Part shown: positions 1 to 10,145 of the stretch, one piece after another
How the letters are laid out: every line of letters starts with the position of its first letter
How positions within the stretch are numbered: the stretch's first letter is position 1
Assembly: GCA_965262855.1 (NCBI GenBank)
Contig: OZ253563.1
Coordinates: forward strand, 1,635,011 to 1,699,010
Direction: 5' to 3'
DNA: 64,000 bases
Source of the DNA: Arenicellales bacterium
Lineage (GTDB): Bacteria > Pseudomonadota > Gammaproteobacteria > Arenicellales > JAJDZL01
Translations under genes and position numbers: made by a program
The notes under the pieces: model-generated
What the model was told of the DNA's origin: nothing
Seen by the model: the letters and a program-made list of their open reading frames with translations, nothing else
The model's database searches: none

Positions 1-1004
1 CCGTAAACTACGTCACCGCTCTGATTGGAAAGGAAGATATGAAGCATCTCTGTCGAACCAACGCCATCAAGAATTTCACAGCCAGATATCTTTTCCCAAT
101 TCTTCCCAACCTCTTCCGGCAGCGCTTCGCCCGCTGAAATGCAGCGGCGCAGTTTAGCGTCCAGTGTGCCCCTTCCGCTTTCAATATGGGAGTTCATCGC
201 GGCATAGAGCGTCGGCACACCACAAAAGACGCTCGGCTTGTGAGTGTTCAGCACATCAAGTACGGAATTCGGCGTCGGTCGCCCGGCAAACAGCAGCACT
301 GTTGCCCCTACCGACATGGGAAATGTCATGGCATTGCCCAGACCATAGGCAAAAAATAGCTTTGCCGCTGAATAGACAACGTCTGTATCTTTAATTTGCA
401 GAACTTTCTTGCCATAGGTATCCGCCGTTGCCTTCAGGCTGCCGTGAGCATGCCGTACTCCTTTAGGCTGCCCTGTAGACCCGGAGGAGTAGAGCCAAAA
501 CGCGCACTCATCCTCAACCATCTCCAGTGCTGGCCGACTTTCACAATCAGCAAACTCAGTGCTAAATTTAAGGTGGGTTCCTGCATTCGCACCGATGACG
601 AAAACTTTTGACAGATGCGGGTTTCCTGCAAGCTCCGGTTCAACTATCGGTAAGACTTCTTCGGACACAAACAGTACTCGGGCTCGGCTGTCACGAAGAA
701 TGGAGCCATAAACTTCAGTAGCCAACAATGTGTTCAGCGCAATCGGAACTACGCCGCATTTTAGGCTCCCCCAAAAGATGATTGGAAATTCCAGCCGGTC
801 AAGGACAAGCATGGCGGCTCGGTCCTCGCGATTGATGCCGTGCTTCTCATAGAGCGCGGCCATGCGACCGCTTTGCTCAGCAAGCTCACCATAGGTAATT
901 TGTCGGTTATTACCGCCTGCTTCTATAAAAGCCGACTTCGTTTCAAAGGCGGAACCAACATGAAGGTCGACAAAAGTACTGGAGGCATTGGCATTTTCAG
1001 GCAT
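1..1004 (-). CDS. Benzoate-CoA ligase family (aromatic acyl-CoA ligase), 3' end runs off the window; absent from ORF track
   Basis: Manual translation from ATG at 1004: MPENANASSTFVDLHVG...FWLYSSGSTGQPKGVRHAHG (AMP-binding P-loop)...SAAKLFFAYGLGN...ISAGEALP...ILDGVGSTEMLHIFLSN; open to position 1. Confidence 0.9.
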   Translation of the reverse strand, partial: MPENANASSTFVDLHVGSAFETKSAFIEAGGNNRQITYGELAEQSGRMAALYEKHGINREDRAAMLVLDRLEFPIIFWGSLKCGVVPIALNTLLATEVYGSILRDSRARVLFVSEEVLPIVEPELAGNPHLSKVFVIGANAGTHLKFSTEFADCESRPALEMVEDECAFWLYSSGSTGQPKGVRHAHGSLKATADTYGKKVLQIKDTDVVYSAAKLFFAYGLGNAMTFPMSVGATVLLFAGRPTPNSVLDVLNTHKPSVFCGVPTLYAAMNSHIESGRGTLDAKLRRCISAGEALPEEVGKNWEKISGCEILDGVGSTEMLHIFLSNQSGDVVY

Positions 1005-1079
1005 TGCGGATATTTTCCTAGTTAATGTCTGTCAGAAAACGATTTATAACATTCAAACAGCAAAGAGATTTACTGCTCG

Positions 1080-2828
1080 TCATATCATATTCTTGCCTAA
1101 ATATTGATACTCCAGCAACGAAGTATTCCCAATAAAATCAATAAAACGGACACTTAATTCGATTCCGTGTACATCCGTGAGCCGAACGGATTGGTTCAGT
1201 TTGAAATGTACTGGCTGCTGTTTTCCGCAGTCAATCGCAATGTTTTTCGCATGCAGATACATGCGATCATGACTATCAAGAATCGGATTCAATCTTCCCG
1301 ATAGACGCGGTAAATGACCAGCTCTTTCTGTAAATACGCATGAACCGCCTGTTGGTAAACTGTCAAGTTGGATGGAGAGTGGTTTCGGAGGGTTCCAGTT
1401 CCTTTCTACATGCGCCGTGTAACCCGATTCTGCACAGAAAACAGTAATAGGAAGTCTGGCGTAGAAACTGAAACTAACTTGCCCCAGTGCATCGGTTTGC
1501 TGTTCCATCCAAGTTTTATTTGGATAAAGTACGACAACTTTGACACCTGCAAGCGGTCGCCCCTCAGTAGAAACGGTAATATGACCTTCGAGACCTTCGA
1601 CTGGAGGTCTTGCTGACGGTATCAAGAGTAGGAGTTCCGCATCGTCAAGCAGTTCGTACACGGGAATGCGCCCGGTCAATTCCCGAGTTTCCTCATAGAT
1701 GATTGGAACACCTTCACCGCGTTGTTCCAAGAAGTACTGGCGATCACCTGAGCCGTGGATGTCACCGATTACAAGTTTGCCGAGCAGTGCTGCTACGACC
1801 TCGTTTCGTGTGGCCTGACGGGCAGGCATTGCGTCGATTGATAGTGTATTGGGCAATGCCCCTGGCGAATACAGTTCAAGTCGATCGTCAAAGATAAAAA
1901 GTCGTATTTTTGCATTCTCAATGGAATAGTCTCTATGCACTACAGCGTTTACAATCGCCTCAAATACAGTTCTTGGACTAAACTGCGGTATCTCCACTCG
2001 CCCTGGAATTTTTCTTGCCGCGACACGGGTATTGCGTTTTGTGAAATTAATAGCATCTCGAATCTGCTGATCTAACGGGCCTGTAATGAGTGCCGCATCA
2101 ATTTGATTCGCAGTTCCAAGAACAGTGCCTTGATACCGCACTGCATTGATTGCTGCACCGTGGATGTATTTGTTCGGATCTGTGGTGGTAAGTAATACTC
2201 CCGCCACCGTTGCACGGGCAACGCCGAATTCATCGTCTCTAATCATCCCCAATTTTTCTAACTGTATGTTAGAGTGTTCAATGACTCGAGAACTTAAAAA
2301 CCTGTCGATGAGTCCGGCGTCGAGTGTGTTTGGGCCTGTATCAGCGACAATTACTTCGTCAGGCCCTAGCATTCCGAATCGTCCTCTTTGCCGAAACAGA
2401 CGGTGAAGCGCTTCCGGTGATAGTTCGCGTTTTGAACTGCCACTCCTGATTAAGTATCCTCCCGGACTTTTGTGAACTTGTGCGCTTTGTTCAATTTTAA
2501 TTGTAATTACTGAAAATCCATTTGGCAGTGCGATCCGTTTAGTAAAGAATCGAAGCTGCGGTCGAATACTATCTGAGCAAATTTCATTGATGAAAATTTC
2601 TAATGCATCCATTTCCTTTCGAGACATTTTCTGAACATCGCCACTATCCGAAATGCTAAAGACAAGTGTGCCACCACTGCTGTTACCAAAGGCAGCTAAT
2701 TCGTTCGCGATAGATTCTCGTCGAGGAGTACTGACGCCCTTTTTTGTAAAAGAGACCATTTTGAACTCGACTGTGCTGTCCTCGCCTAGTTCAATCCATT
2801 CTAGCAACTGAGTGCTATTCAAATTCAT
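1080..2828 (-). CDS. AlbA_2/Schlafen domain + HATPase_c_4 (RecG-C-like) protein with atypical beta-rich C-terminal extension
   Basis: GEDSTVEFK..ANELAAFGNSSGGTLVFSISD (AlbA_2); EAIVNAVVHRDY, YSPGAL, EQRGEGV (HATPase_c_4); last ~175 aa are beta-strand-like, not a winged HTH. Confidence 0.8.
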   Translation of the reverse strand: MNLNSTQLLEWIELGEDSTVEFKMVSFTKKGVSTPRRESIANELAAFGNSSGGTLVFSISDSGDVQKMSRKEMDALEIFINEICSDSIRPQLRFFTKRIALPNGFSVITIKIEQSAQVHKSPGGYLIRSGSSKRELSPEALHRLFRQRGRFGMLGPDEVIVADTGPNTLDAGLIDRFLSSRVIEHSNIQLEKLGMIRDDEFGVARATVAGVLLTTTDPNKYIHGAAINAVRYQGTVLGTANQIDAALITGPLDQQIRDAINFTKRNTRVAARKIPGRVEIPQFSPRTVFEAIVNAVVHRDYSIENAKIRLFIFDDRLELYSPGALPNTLSIDAMPARQATRNEVVAALLGKLVIGDIHGSGDRQYFLEQRGEGVPIIYEETRELTGRIPVYELLDDAELLLLIPSARPPVEGLEGHITVSTEGRPLAGVKVVVLYPNKTWMEQQTDALGQVSFSFYARLPITVFCAESGYTAHVERNWNPPKPLSIQLDSLPTGGSCVFTERAGHLPRLSGRLNPILDSHDRMYLHAKNIAIDCGKQQPVHFKLNQSVRLTDVHGIELSVRFIDFIGNTSLLEYQYLGKNMI

Positions 2829-3680
2829 TTCAAAACTCTAAACTCACTAAACTAGATTCACGACTTGATTGACAATTTCATATAAAACCGATATGTTGAT
2901 TCTGAAGATGCGTGGGCTCCCGTTGAGGACATCCTAAAATCACCGCAAGTCACCTTGTAAATTTATACTTACTCATACATCCGTTGAAACAAGTATATCA
3001 ATCGACTTGTAGTAGTGTTTCAGTATCGAATCAAGTGCATTTAGTTCTCTTAATTTTCCTAAATGATGTAATTATTAATACTTGACTCAGGTTTTCTTCG
3101 AAGTAATTTTCACTTCCAACACCTTCGCTTTACCTGCTAATATTAGAAGAAAAACACCAACCTTGAAGCAATTCACTGAAATTGCAGTAGACCGATTTTG
3201 CAACTGAATGCTACCGATTCTAGCAACTCGTCGTTTTCCCATCCCCCCGTAAACGCACACTTCCATCTAATTTACATCCTTCTTCAGACATGCTATTTTG
3301 AGGCAAACTGCCTCCCAAATAGTGTTGCACACTCCGCATAAACCATTTCACTCGCATAATCGGACTACCAATCCGACAAATTCAGAGACTACCATTTGAC
3401 AAAGTAACAAATCAAGCACTGCAACATCGCATGAAGACCCAGTCTGAGACACAACCAGGCTCAAGCGCCATTGACCCGAATTGGTACACCGTCACTAAAT
3501 TGACGACTATACTAATTATTCGTAAATTGCAGGATTTTTAGAGGAGATACGTTTATGGTCCAATCTTTCGGTGTCCAGCCTAAACCGCCACAAAACTGCC
3601 GCGATTACATCAATGCTGACATCTGCTCCTGCAGTCTAATCGACCGGGTCCTCGATGCAACCTGATCGATAAGAATATCC

Positions 3681-4880
3681 ATGGCAGCTAATAACTCGAA
3701 GCGCATACTTATTGCTGGCGGCGGCATCGGCGGCCTGGCAACTGCTACGGGGCTTGCAGAGAAGGGCTTTGAATCACTCGTATTTGAAAAGGCACCAAAA
3801 TTCGGGGAAATTGGCGCTGGCATTCAGCTCGGTCCAAATGCATTCCACGCGTTTGATTATCTCGGAGTTGGCGACACTGCACGCAGGATGGCAGTTTATA
3901 TCGACAGCCTTCGTCTCATGGATGCCCTGTCTGGTAACGAAATCACCCGTATCCCGCTAGACGGTGAATTCCGGCGACGATTCCGTAATCCCTATGCGGT
4001 TGTTCACCGCGGAGACCTTCACGGCGTATTTCTACAAGCCTGTATCGACAGTGAATTAGTAGAGCTGCGCACGGACAGCACGGTCAAGAGTTATAAACAG
4101 GGCGATTGTGGAGTAACCGTCACATTGGAAAACAACGATCAAATTGACGGCGCGGCCCTTATTGGCGCCGATGGGCTTTGGTCGAATGTTCGAGACCAAC
4201 TGGTTGGAGACGGCGAGCCGCGGGTTTCGGGCCATACCACTTATCGTTCCGTCATTCCGACCGAAGATATGCCGGAGGATTTACGATGGAATGCAGCGAC
4301 GCTTTGGGCCGGACCGAGATGTCATATCGTTCACTATCCGCTTTCCGACTGGAAGGCCTTCAATTTGGTAGTAACCTATCACAATAATGCTCCAGAACCG
4401 GTTGCCGGCAAACCGGTTTCACACGACGAGGTGCGCAAGGGTTTTGAACATGTCAATCCAGTCGCACGCCAGATCATCGAACGAGGCCAGAACTGGAAAC
4501 TATGGGTGCTGTGCGATCGAGAACCGACGAGTTCATGGGTTGATGGGCGCGTCACGTTGCTCGGAGATGCCGCTCACCCAATGCTGCAGTATTTCGCGCA
4601 GGGCGCCTGTATGGCACTAGAAGACGCCGTCTGTCTTGCCGATGAGATGGAACGCCAAGATGGCGACTTCGTAAAAGCGTTACCTAACTATTGCAACCGT
4701 CGTTGTCTGCGCACAGCTAAAGTTCAGCTGATGTCCCGGCTTATTGGCGAGCACATCTACCATCCTTCAAATGCTCATGCGCGCCTACGAGATAGGGTCA
4801 TGGGCGCAAAGTCCGAAAGCGACTGGTGCGATACAATAAGCTGGCTTTACGGGTCCACAGGGCTGGATGGTGCGGTCTGA
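3681..4880 (+). CDS. FAD-dependent aromatic hydroxylase, 3-hydroxybenzoate 6-monooxygenase/salicylate hydroxylase family
   Basis: GGGIGG FAD motif, IGAGIQLGPN, LIGADG, LLGDAAHPMLQYFAQGACMALED. Confidence 0.85.
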   Translation: MAANNSKRILIAGGGIGGLATATGLAEKGFESLVFEKAPKFGEIGAGIQLGPNAFHAFDYLGVGDTARRMAVYIDSLRLMDALSGNEITRIPLDGEFRRRFRNPYAVVHRGDLHGVFLQACIDSELVELRTDSTVKSYKQGDCGVTVTLENNDQIDGAALIGADGLWSNVRDQLVGDGEPRVSGHTTYRSVIPTEDMPEDLRWNAATLWAGPRCHIVHYPLSDWKAFNLVVTYHNNAPEPVAGKPVSHDEVRKGFEHVNPVARQIIERGQNWKLWVLCDREPTSSWVDGRVTLLGDAAHPMLQYFAQGACMALEDAVCLADEMERQDGDFVKALPNYCNRRCLRTAKVQLMSRLIGEHIYHPSNAHARLRDRVMGAKSESDWCDTISWLYGSTGLDGAV

Positions 4881-4940
4881 GGTGACTGGACCCACGAACA
4901 AAACAAGCCACAACATCAATCGTTTAAGGACAGCAAAAAC

Positions 4941-6140
4941 GTGAGCGAAGCGTATATCTGCGACTACATACGAACCCCCATTGGACGATTCGGCGGGGGA
5001 CTATCTTCGATGCGAGCCGACGATTTGGCAGCTCATCCCTTGAAGGAAATCCAACGGCGAAACAATGGCGTTGACTGGGAAGCCGTAGATGATGTGATTC
5101 TCGGCTGCGCAAACCAGGCTGGAGAAGACAATCGAAATGTTGCTCGAATGGCCGTGCTGCTGTCCGGGCTGCCAAATTCAGTTGGCGGAGCTACCGTCAA
5201 TCGGCTGTGTGGTTCAGGTATGAATGCCGTCATCAGTGCTGCTCACGCTATCAAGGCCGGAGAAGCCGAACTGATTATTGCTGGTGGTGTCGAAAGCATG
5301 TCCCGGGCACCATTTGTCATGCCCAAGGCCTCGTCAGCATTTTCGCGCAATACTGAAATCTACGATACGACGATCGGTTGGCGGTTCATCAATCCACTTA
5401 TAAAAAAACAGTACGGCGTCGACTCTATGCCGGAAACCGGTGAGAACGTAGCCGAAGTGTTCAATGTCAGCCGCGAAGCACAGGACATATTCGCTCTCAG
5501 AAGCAATGAAAAGGCCATCGCCGCCCAGGCAATCGGACGGCTGGCGAATGAAATTGCACCAGTCACCATTCCCCATCGCAAGGGGGATCCAATTGTGATT
5601 GATAAGGATGAACATCCGCGTGTGACAAGCCTTGAGAAACTGGCTACTCTCAAAGCGCCGTTCCGTGCAGGCGGGACAGTGACTGCCGGTAATGCGTCAG
5701 GCATCAACGATGGTGCGGCAGCACTGATAGTGGCTTCTGAAAAAGCCATCTACAGGCACGGATTGACACCGATTGCAAGAATTCTGGGTGGAGCAATAGC
5801 CGGCGTAGAACCGAAAATTATGGGCATCGGCCCGGTTCCTGCCACGAGGAAAATCTGTGCAAGGCTCGGTCTTGAGCCGGCTGACTTTGACGTAATCGAG
5901 CTCAACGAAGCCTTTGCTTCACAAGCTATCGCGGTATTGCGCCAATTTGACCTCGACGAGATGTCGGAACACATCAATCCCAATGGCGGTGCTATCGCAC
6001 TCGGCCATCCGTTAGGCATGAGTGGTGCACGGATTACCGGCACGGCGGCATTGGAACTCAATGAACGCGGTGGAGTGGCTCTTGCTACCATGTGCGTCGG
6101 CGTCGGCCAAGGCATCGCGATTGCGCTGAAATCAGTTTGA
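4941..6140 (+). CDS. pcaF: 3-oxoadipyl-CoA thiolase (PcaF/PaaJ type)
   Basis: NRLCGSG active Cys, IELNEAFA, GGAIALGHPLG, TMCVGVGQG; GTG start. Confidence 0.85.
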   Translation: MSEAYICDYIRTPIGRFGGGLSSMRADDLAAHPLKEIQRRNNGVDWEAVDDVILGCANQAGEDNRNVARMAVLLSGLPNSVGGATVNRLCGSGMNAVISAAHAIKAGEAELIIAGGVESMSRAPFVMPKASSAFSRNTEIYDTTIGWRFINPLIKKQYGVDSMPETGENVAEVFNVSREAQDIFALRSNEKAIAAQAIGRLANEIAPVTIPHRKGDPIVIDKDEHPRVTSLEKLATLKAPFRAGGTVTAGNASGINDGAAALIVASEKAIYRHGLTPIARILGGAIAGVEPKIMGIGPVPATRKICARLGLEPADFDVIELNEAFASQAIAVLRQFDLDEMSEHINPNGGAIALGHPLGMSGARITGTAALELNERGGVALATMCVGVGQGIAIALKSV

Positions 6141-6242
6141 CTCGGTCAACAGACAAATCGGTTTATGCAAAATAATGCAACATCCTCGACAGAAGATTGA
6201 ATTGCACTTCGGTGGATTCGCTGAGTTTCAATAGTTTGAAAG

Positions 6243-7094
6243 CTAGCCAAATCGCCCGGTGATGTAGTCTTCCGTTAGCTGATTCTGCGGGTTGGTAAAT
6301 ATCTGACCAGTATCTCCTATCTCGACTAAGTCCCCAAGATTGAAATAGGCGGTTCTCTGCGATACTCGGGCTGCTTGCTGCATGGAATGTGTAACAATTA
6401 CAATCGAATACTGCGTTCTCAAATCGTCAATCAAGTCTTCAATTCTGGCAGTTGCAATTGGATCCAAAGAGGAGCATGGTTCATCCATGAGAATTACTTC
6501 AGGCTGAACTGCAATCGCTCGTGCGATACATAGGCGTTGCTGCTGACCACCCGATAATTCAGTTCCAGACTTGTGAATTCGATCCTCCACTTCGGAAAGC
6601 AATCCAACTTTCTGAAGGCAGGAATAGACGACTTCATCCGTTTCCGCCCGATCGCTCACCAGAGAGTGAAGTCTCGGACCGTATGCGACGTTGTCATAAA
6701 TCGACTTGGGAAAGGGATTTGGCTTCTGAAATACCATCCCGACCCTCGCTCGCAACTCCACCACATCCATGTCGCTGCTGTAAATATCTTTGCCGTCGAG
6801 TTTGATTGTGCCGGTAATCCGGCAACCGTCAATAATGTCGTTGATTCTATTCAGGCATCGCAGGAAGGTAGACTTTCCACAACCAGATGGGCCGATAATG
6901 GCCAGCACTTGGTTCGCTCGTATCGAAATGTTGACATTTTTGATGGCATGAGTGTCCGTGTAATAGACATCCACATTCTCAGCTGTCATGCGAAATTCGG
7001 AAACACTGTCTATCGATTCGCTGTTTGCAAATCCGGATGTATCAGTCCGCACAACAATCTTTGAGGATTCAGTAGTTACACTCGTTTCTAGCAT
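6243..7094 (-). CDS. pstB: Phosphate ABC transporter ATP-binding protein
   Basis: [41 protein letters not shown]; operon position. Confidence 0.97.
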   Translation of the reverse strand: MLETSVTTESSKIVVRTDTSGFANSESIDSVSEFRMTAENVDVYYTDTHAIKNVNISIRANQVLAIIGPSGCGKSTFLRCLNRINDIIDGCRITGTIKLDGKDIYSSDMDVVELRARVGMVFQKPNPFPKSIYDNVAYGPRLHSLVSDRAETDEVVYSCLQKVGLLSEVEDRIHKSGTELSGGQQQRLCIARAIAVQPEVILMDEPCSSLDPIATARIEDLIDDLRTQYSIVIVTHSMQQAARVSQRTAYFNLGDLVEIGDTGQIFTNPQNQLTEDYITGRFG

Positions 7095-7130
7095 CGTGAT
7101 TGTTCTCTACTGGCGAAGATGAAGTTGATT

Positions 7131-8423
7131 TTACCAACGCCGCTCAAATCTCCGACGCAACCATACGGCAAATACGTTCATAGTAATTAAAAATGTTAGC
7201 AAAATAAGAATTGCTCCTGATGTTTTTTCTAAAAAGGCGCGTTCAGGACTGTCTGCCCAAAGAAATATCTGAACCGGCAATACGGTTGAGGGGTCTAACG
7301 GTCCCGATGGCACATCGACAATAAACGCTACCATGCCGATCATCAGCAGAGGAGCTGTTTCTCCAAGCGCTTGCGCAAGACCAATAATCGTTCCTGTCAG
7401 CATGCCGGGCATCGCCAGTGGGACAACTTCCTGAACTACCGCCTGTGTCTTTGAAGCGCCTAGAGCGAGTGCGCCTTCTCGAATGGACGGCGGAACTGCA
7501 CGCAATGCGGCACGACCGGCAATAATAATCGTGGGAATCGTCATCAGGCTCAGAACAAGGCCTCCGACAAGCGGAACCGACCTTGGCAACCCAAAGAAGT
7601 TGATAAAAACTGCAAGACCGAGCAATCCGAATACAACTGACGGCACAGCAGCCAAGTTATTGATGTTGATCTCTATGATGTCGGTAAATCGATTTTTCGG
7701 CGCGAATTCTTCCAAGTAGCATGCAGCTGCGACGCCGACGGGAAACGAAATTGCAAGCGTAACCAATATCGTGAAAAACGACCCGGTTAACGCGCCTCGT
7801 AATCCAGCAAGCTCAGGTTCTCGAGAATCGCCTGCGATGAAATACGTCTTGTTGAATCGGCTTTCGACGACACCCTTTTCAACGAGTGCATCAAACCACC
7901 CGACCTGTGCACTAGAAAGTCGTCCGCCACCGTGTGTGCCTGTATCCCGCCCAATGTTGTTTTTGTGCAGCATGTCGAACTCATCGTCAACCGGTAGCCA
8001 AATTGTCTGCGTAGTGCCAATCAATGAAGGATCGTTCTGCACCATTTTCTGCAGAATAACATCTGCACCTACGCTGACAATTCTTCCCAGTTGTCGCTTC
8101 TCTTTGCGCTTCGTGACTTCTGGAAACTGACGATAAAGCGATTGCTTGATCAATTTGCCGTAGTTGGCTTTGGCCAGGTTTTCAGGGTCTAGGAAATCTG
8201 GGGCAAATTGAATTTCCAACTGAACCTGAGTTTGCCAGAAAGCACCTACACCATTGATGGTGATGCTTATGAATAAAACAACAACAAAAAATACTCCCAG
8301 CATCAGTGCGCCAATGCCGTAGATCTTGAATCTAAGTTCTGCGGCGCGGCGTCTTTTCAGTCTGCGTTTGAACTGGGGCTTGGCCCAAACGCTTTCAGCA
8401 TCTTGTGGTAAAACGCTAGTCAT
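7131..8423 (-). CDS. pstA: Phosphate ABC transporter permease PstA (start moved to the ATG overlapping the pstC stop)
   Basis: NINNLAAVPSVVFGLLGL, GETAPLL; ATGACTAG start/stop overlap with pstC. Confidence 0.95.
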   Translation of the reverse strand: MTSVLPQDAESVWAKPQFKRRLKRRRAAELRFKIYGIGALMLGVFFVVVLFISITINGVGAFWQTQVQLEIQFAPDFLDPENLAKANYGKLIKQSLYRQFPEVTKRKEKRQLGRIVSVGADVILQKMVQNDPSLIGTTQTIWLPVDDEFDMLHKNNIGRDTGTHGGGRLSSAQVGWFDALVEKGVVESRFNKTYFIAGDSREPELAGLRGALTGSFFTILVTLAISFPVGVAAACYLEEFAPKNRFTDIIEININNLAAVPSVVFGLLGLAVFINFFGLPRSVPLVGGLVLSLMTIPTIIIAGRAALRAVPPSIREGALALGASKTQAVVQEVVPLAMPGMLTGTIIGLAQALGETAPLLMIGMVAFIVDVPSGPLDPSTVLPVQIFLWADSPERAFLEKTSGAILILLTFLITMNVFAVWLRRRFERRW

Positions 8424-9807
8424 ATTGCTCACTATACTTACGAACGATGTATAACGCGGTGACATTGAGCAGGAGTGTTGCAACGAATAGTGTCAACCCC
8501 AAGGCAAACGCGGCAAGCGTCTTTGCGCTGTCAAATTCCTGATCGCCGACCAGCAATGTCACAATCTGAACGGTAACCGTAGTTACTGATTCGAAGGGGT
8601 TGGCGGTTAGCTTCGCCGCCAGTCCGGCAGCCATCAATACGATCATGGTTTCTCCAATTGCCCGCGAAACTGCTAGTAGCAGTGCCCCAACAATTCCCGG
8701 CAATGCCGCTGGAAAAACTACCTTTTTTATGGTCTCCGAGTGAGTCGCCCCACAAGCCAGGGAGGCTTCTCGTATTGACTGTGGCAGCGCAGTGATAACG
8801 TCATCAGTCAGCGAAGATACAAACGGGATAATCATGATTCCCATGACAACTCCGGCAGCAAGGGCGCTCTCGTGAGCAATTTCCAGTCCAAGTCCGGCAC
8901 CAATTTCATGCAACCAAGGTGCCACCACCAAGGCTGCAAAAAATCCGTATACGACGGTTGGCACACCTGCCAGAATCTCAAGTGCTGGTTTTGCGAATGC
9001 ACGCACTTTCGTGGTTGCGTATTCAGCCAGATAAATCGCTGATAGCAGTCCAACCGGAACCGCAACCGCCATTGCGACACCGGCAACTAGAATTGTTCCT
9101 GTAAAGAGCGGCACACTCCCAAACAGTCCCGACGAACCGACCTGATCCTCTCGGATAGCAATCTGCGGGCTCCATTCAAGACCAAATAAGAAGTCAGTCA
9201 AGGGGATTTTTCTGAAGAAATTGAGCGCCTCAAACAGCACCGACAGCACAATTCCCACAGTTGTAAAAATTGCAATTAGCGAACTGGCTAAAAGCATGAA
9301 TTTGATAATCGTCTCCGCGATGGGGCGCGCACGCAATTTATCGGAAATCAAAAGGGTGAATATGAATGCAGTAATGGCGCCCACCACCACTACAGCAGCA
9401 TTACGCAGGGTTTCGTTCAAGTCGACAAGGTGCTGAAAACGAGCCGCGGCACCCTGCAATGCATCAGAATTTTCCATATTCCCAAGTATGCCGGTCTGAG
9501 CTAGAATCTGAATCTGACTGACCAGCCACTCAATATCGACCTGCGACTTCGCTCGCATGTCGGGGAAAAATTCAGACATGACGATGCGCAAGATGATATT
9601 TTCATCAACGCTCAACCACAGGCCAAGCACAGCCATGGCCGGAATCGCAAACAGCATGGCTGCGACAATGCCATAATATTTTGGCGCAGAATGCAAATAG
9701 CGAATACCACCCAAGTTTTTTGCGATTCGCAAGGAACGCTGCTTCGCCCAAAAATAAAATAGCGAAGAAAACCCGAGCAGAATCAGTATCAAAGCCCAAG
9801 TACTCAT
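8416..9807 (-). CDS. pstC: Phosphate ABC transporter permease PstC
   Basis: EILAGVPTVVYG, SRAIGETMIV; N-terminal DUF3708-like extension. Confidence 0.95.
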   Translation of the reverse strand: MSTWALILILLGFSSLFYFWAKQRSLRIAKNLGGIRYLHSAPKYYGIVAAMLFAIPAMAVLGLWLSVDENIILRIVMSEFFPDMRAKSQVDIEWLVSQIQILAQTGILGNMENSDALQGAAARFQHLVDLNETLRNAAVVVVGAITAFIFTLLISDKLRARPIAETIIKFMLLASSLIAIFTTVGIVLSVLFEALNFFRKIPLTDFLFGLEWSPQIAIREDQVGSSGLFGSVPLFTGTILVAGVAMAVAVPVGLLSAIYLAEYATTKVRAFAKPALEILAGVPTVVYGFFAALVVAPWLHEIGAGLGLEIAHESALAAGVVMGIMIIPFVSSLTDDVITALPQSIREASLACGATHSETIKKVVFPAALPGIVGALLLAVSRAIGETMIVLMAAGLAAKLTANPFESVTTVTVQIVTLLVGDQEFDSAKTLAAFALGLTLFVATLLLNVTALYIVRKYSEQYD

Positions 9808-10145
9808 AGGTCTCCAAACATTGTTACTTAAACACTCCTTTTAGCAGACAATATGCAGGGAGGAATTGGCTACTCAATCGCTGGTATTCGCTTACCAAAG
9901 ACTGACCGGTCCAATTGAGCAAAACTCATTAGCTAAACGATTTGATCTGGCCCACAGAGCGAATTATCGAAATCCACTGTCTGCCACCCATCTCCGCACC
10001 CAAAAATGGTGCGAATACCGGAATACACCAGATAAGCATTTTCACAACCAAATGCGCCAATGCCAACTGGGCATATCAAATCACACGATCAGCCATCAGA
10101 ATCGATGGCACTATTTCATGAAACGAATGCGTATTGAACTCGAAC

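Noticed and set aside
164-1025. Short ORFs listed in the first kilobase
   Set aside because: All are explained by the minus-strand CoA ligase frame that runs off the window
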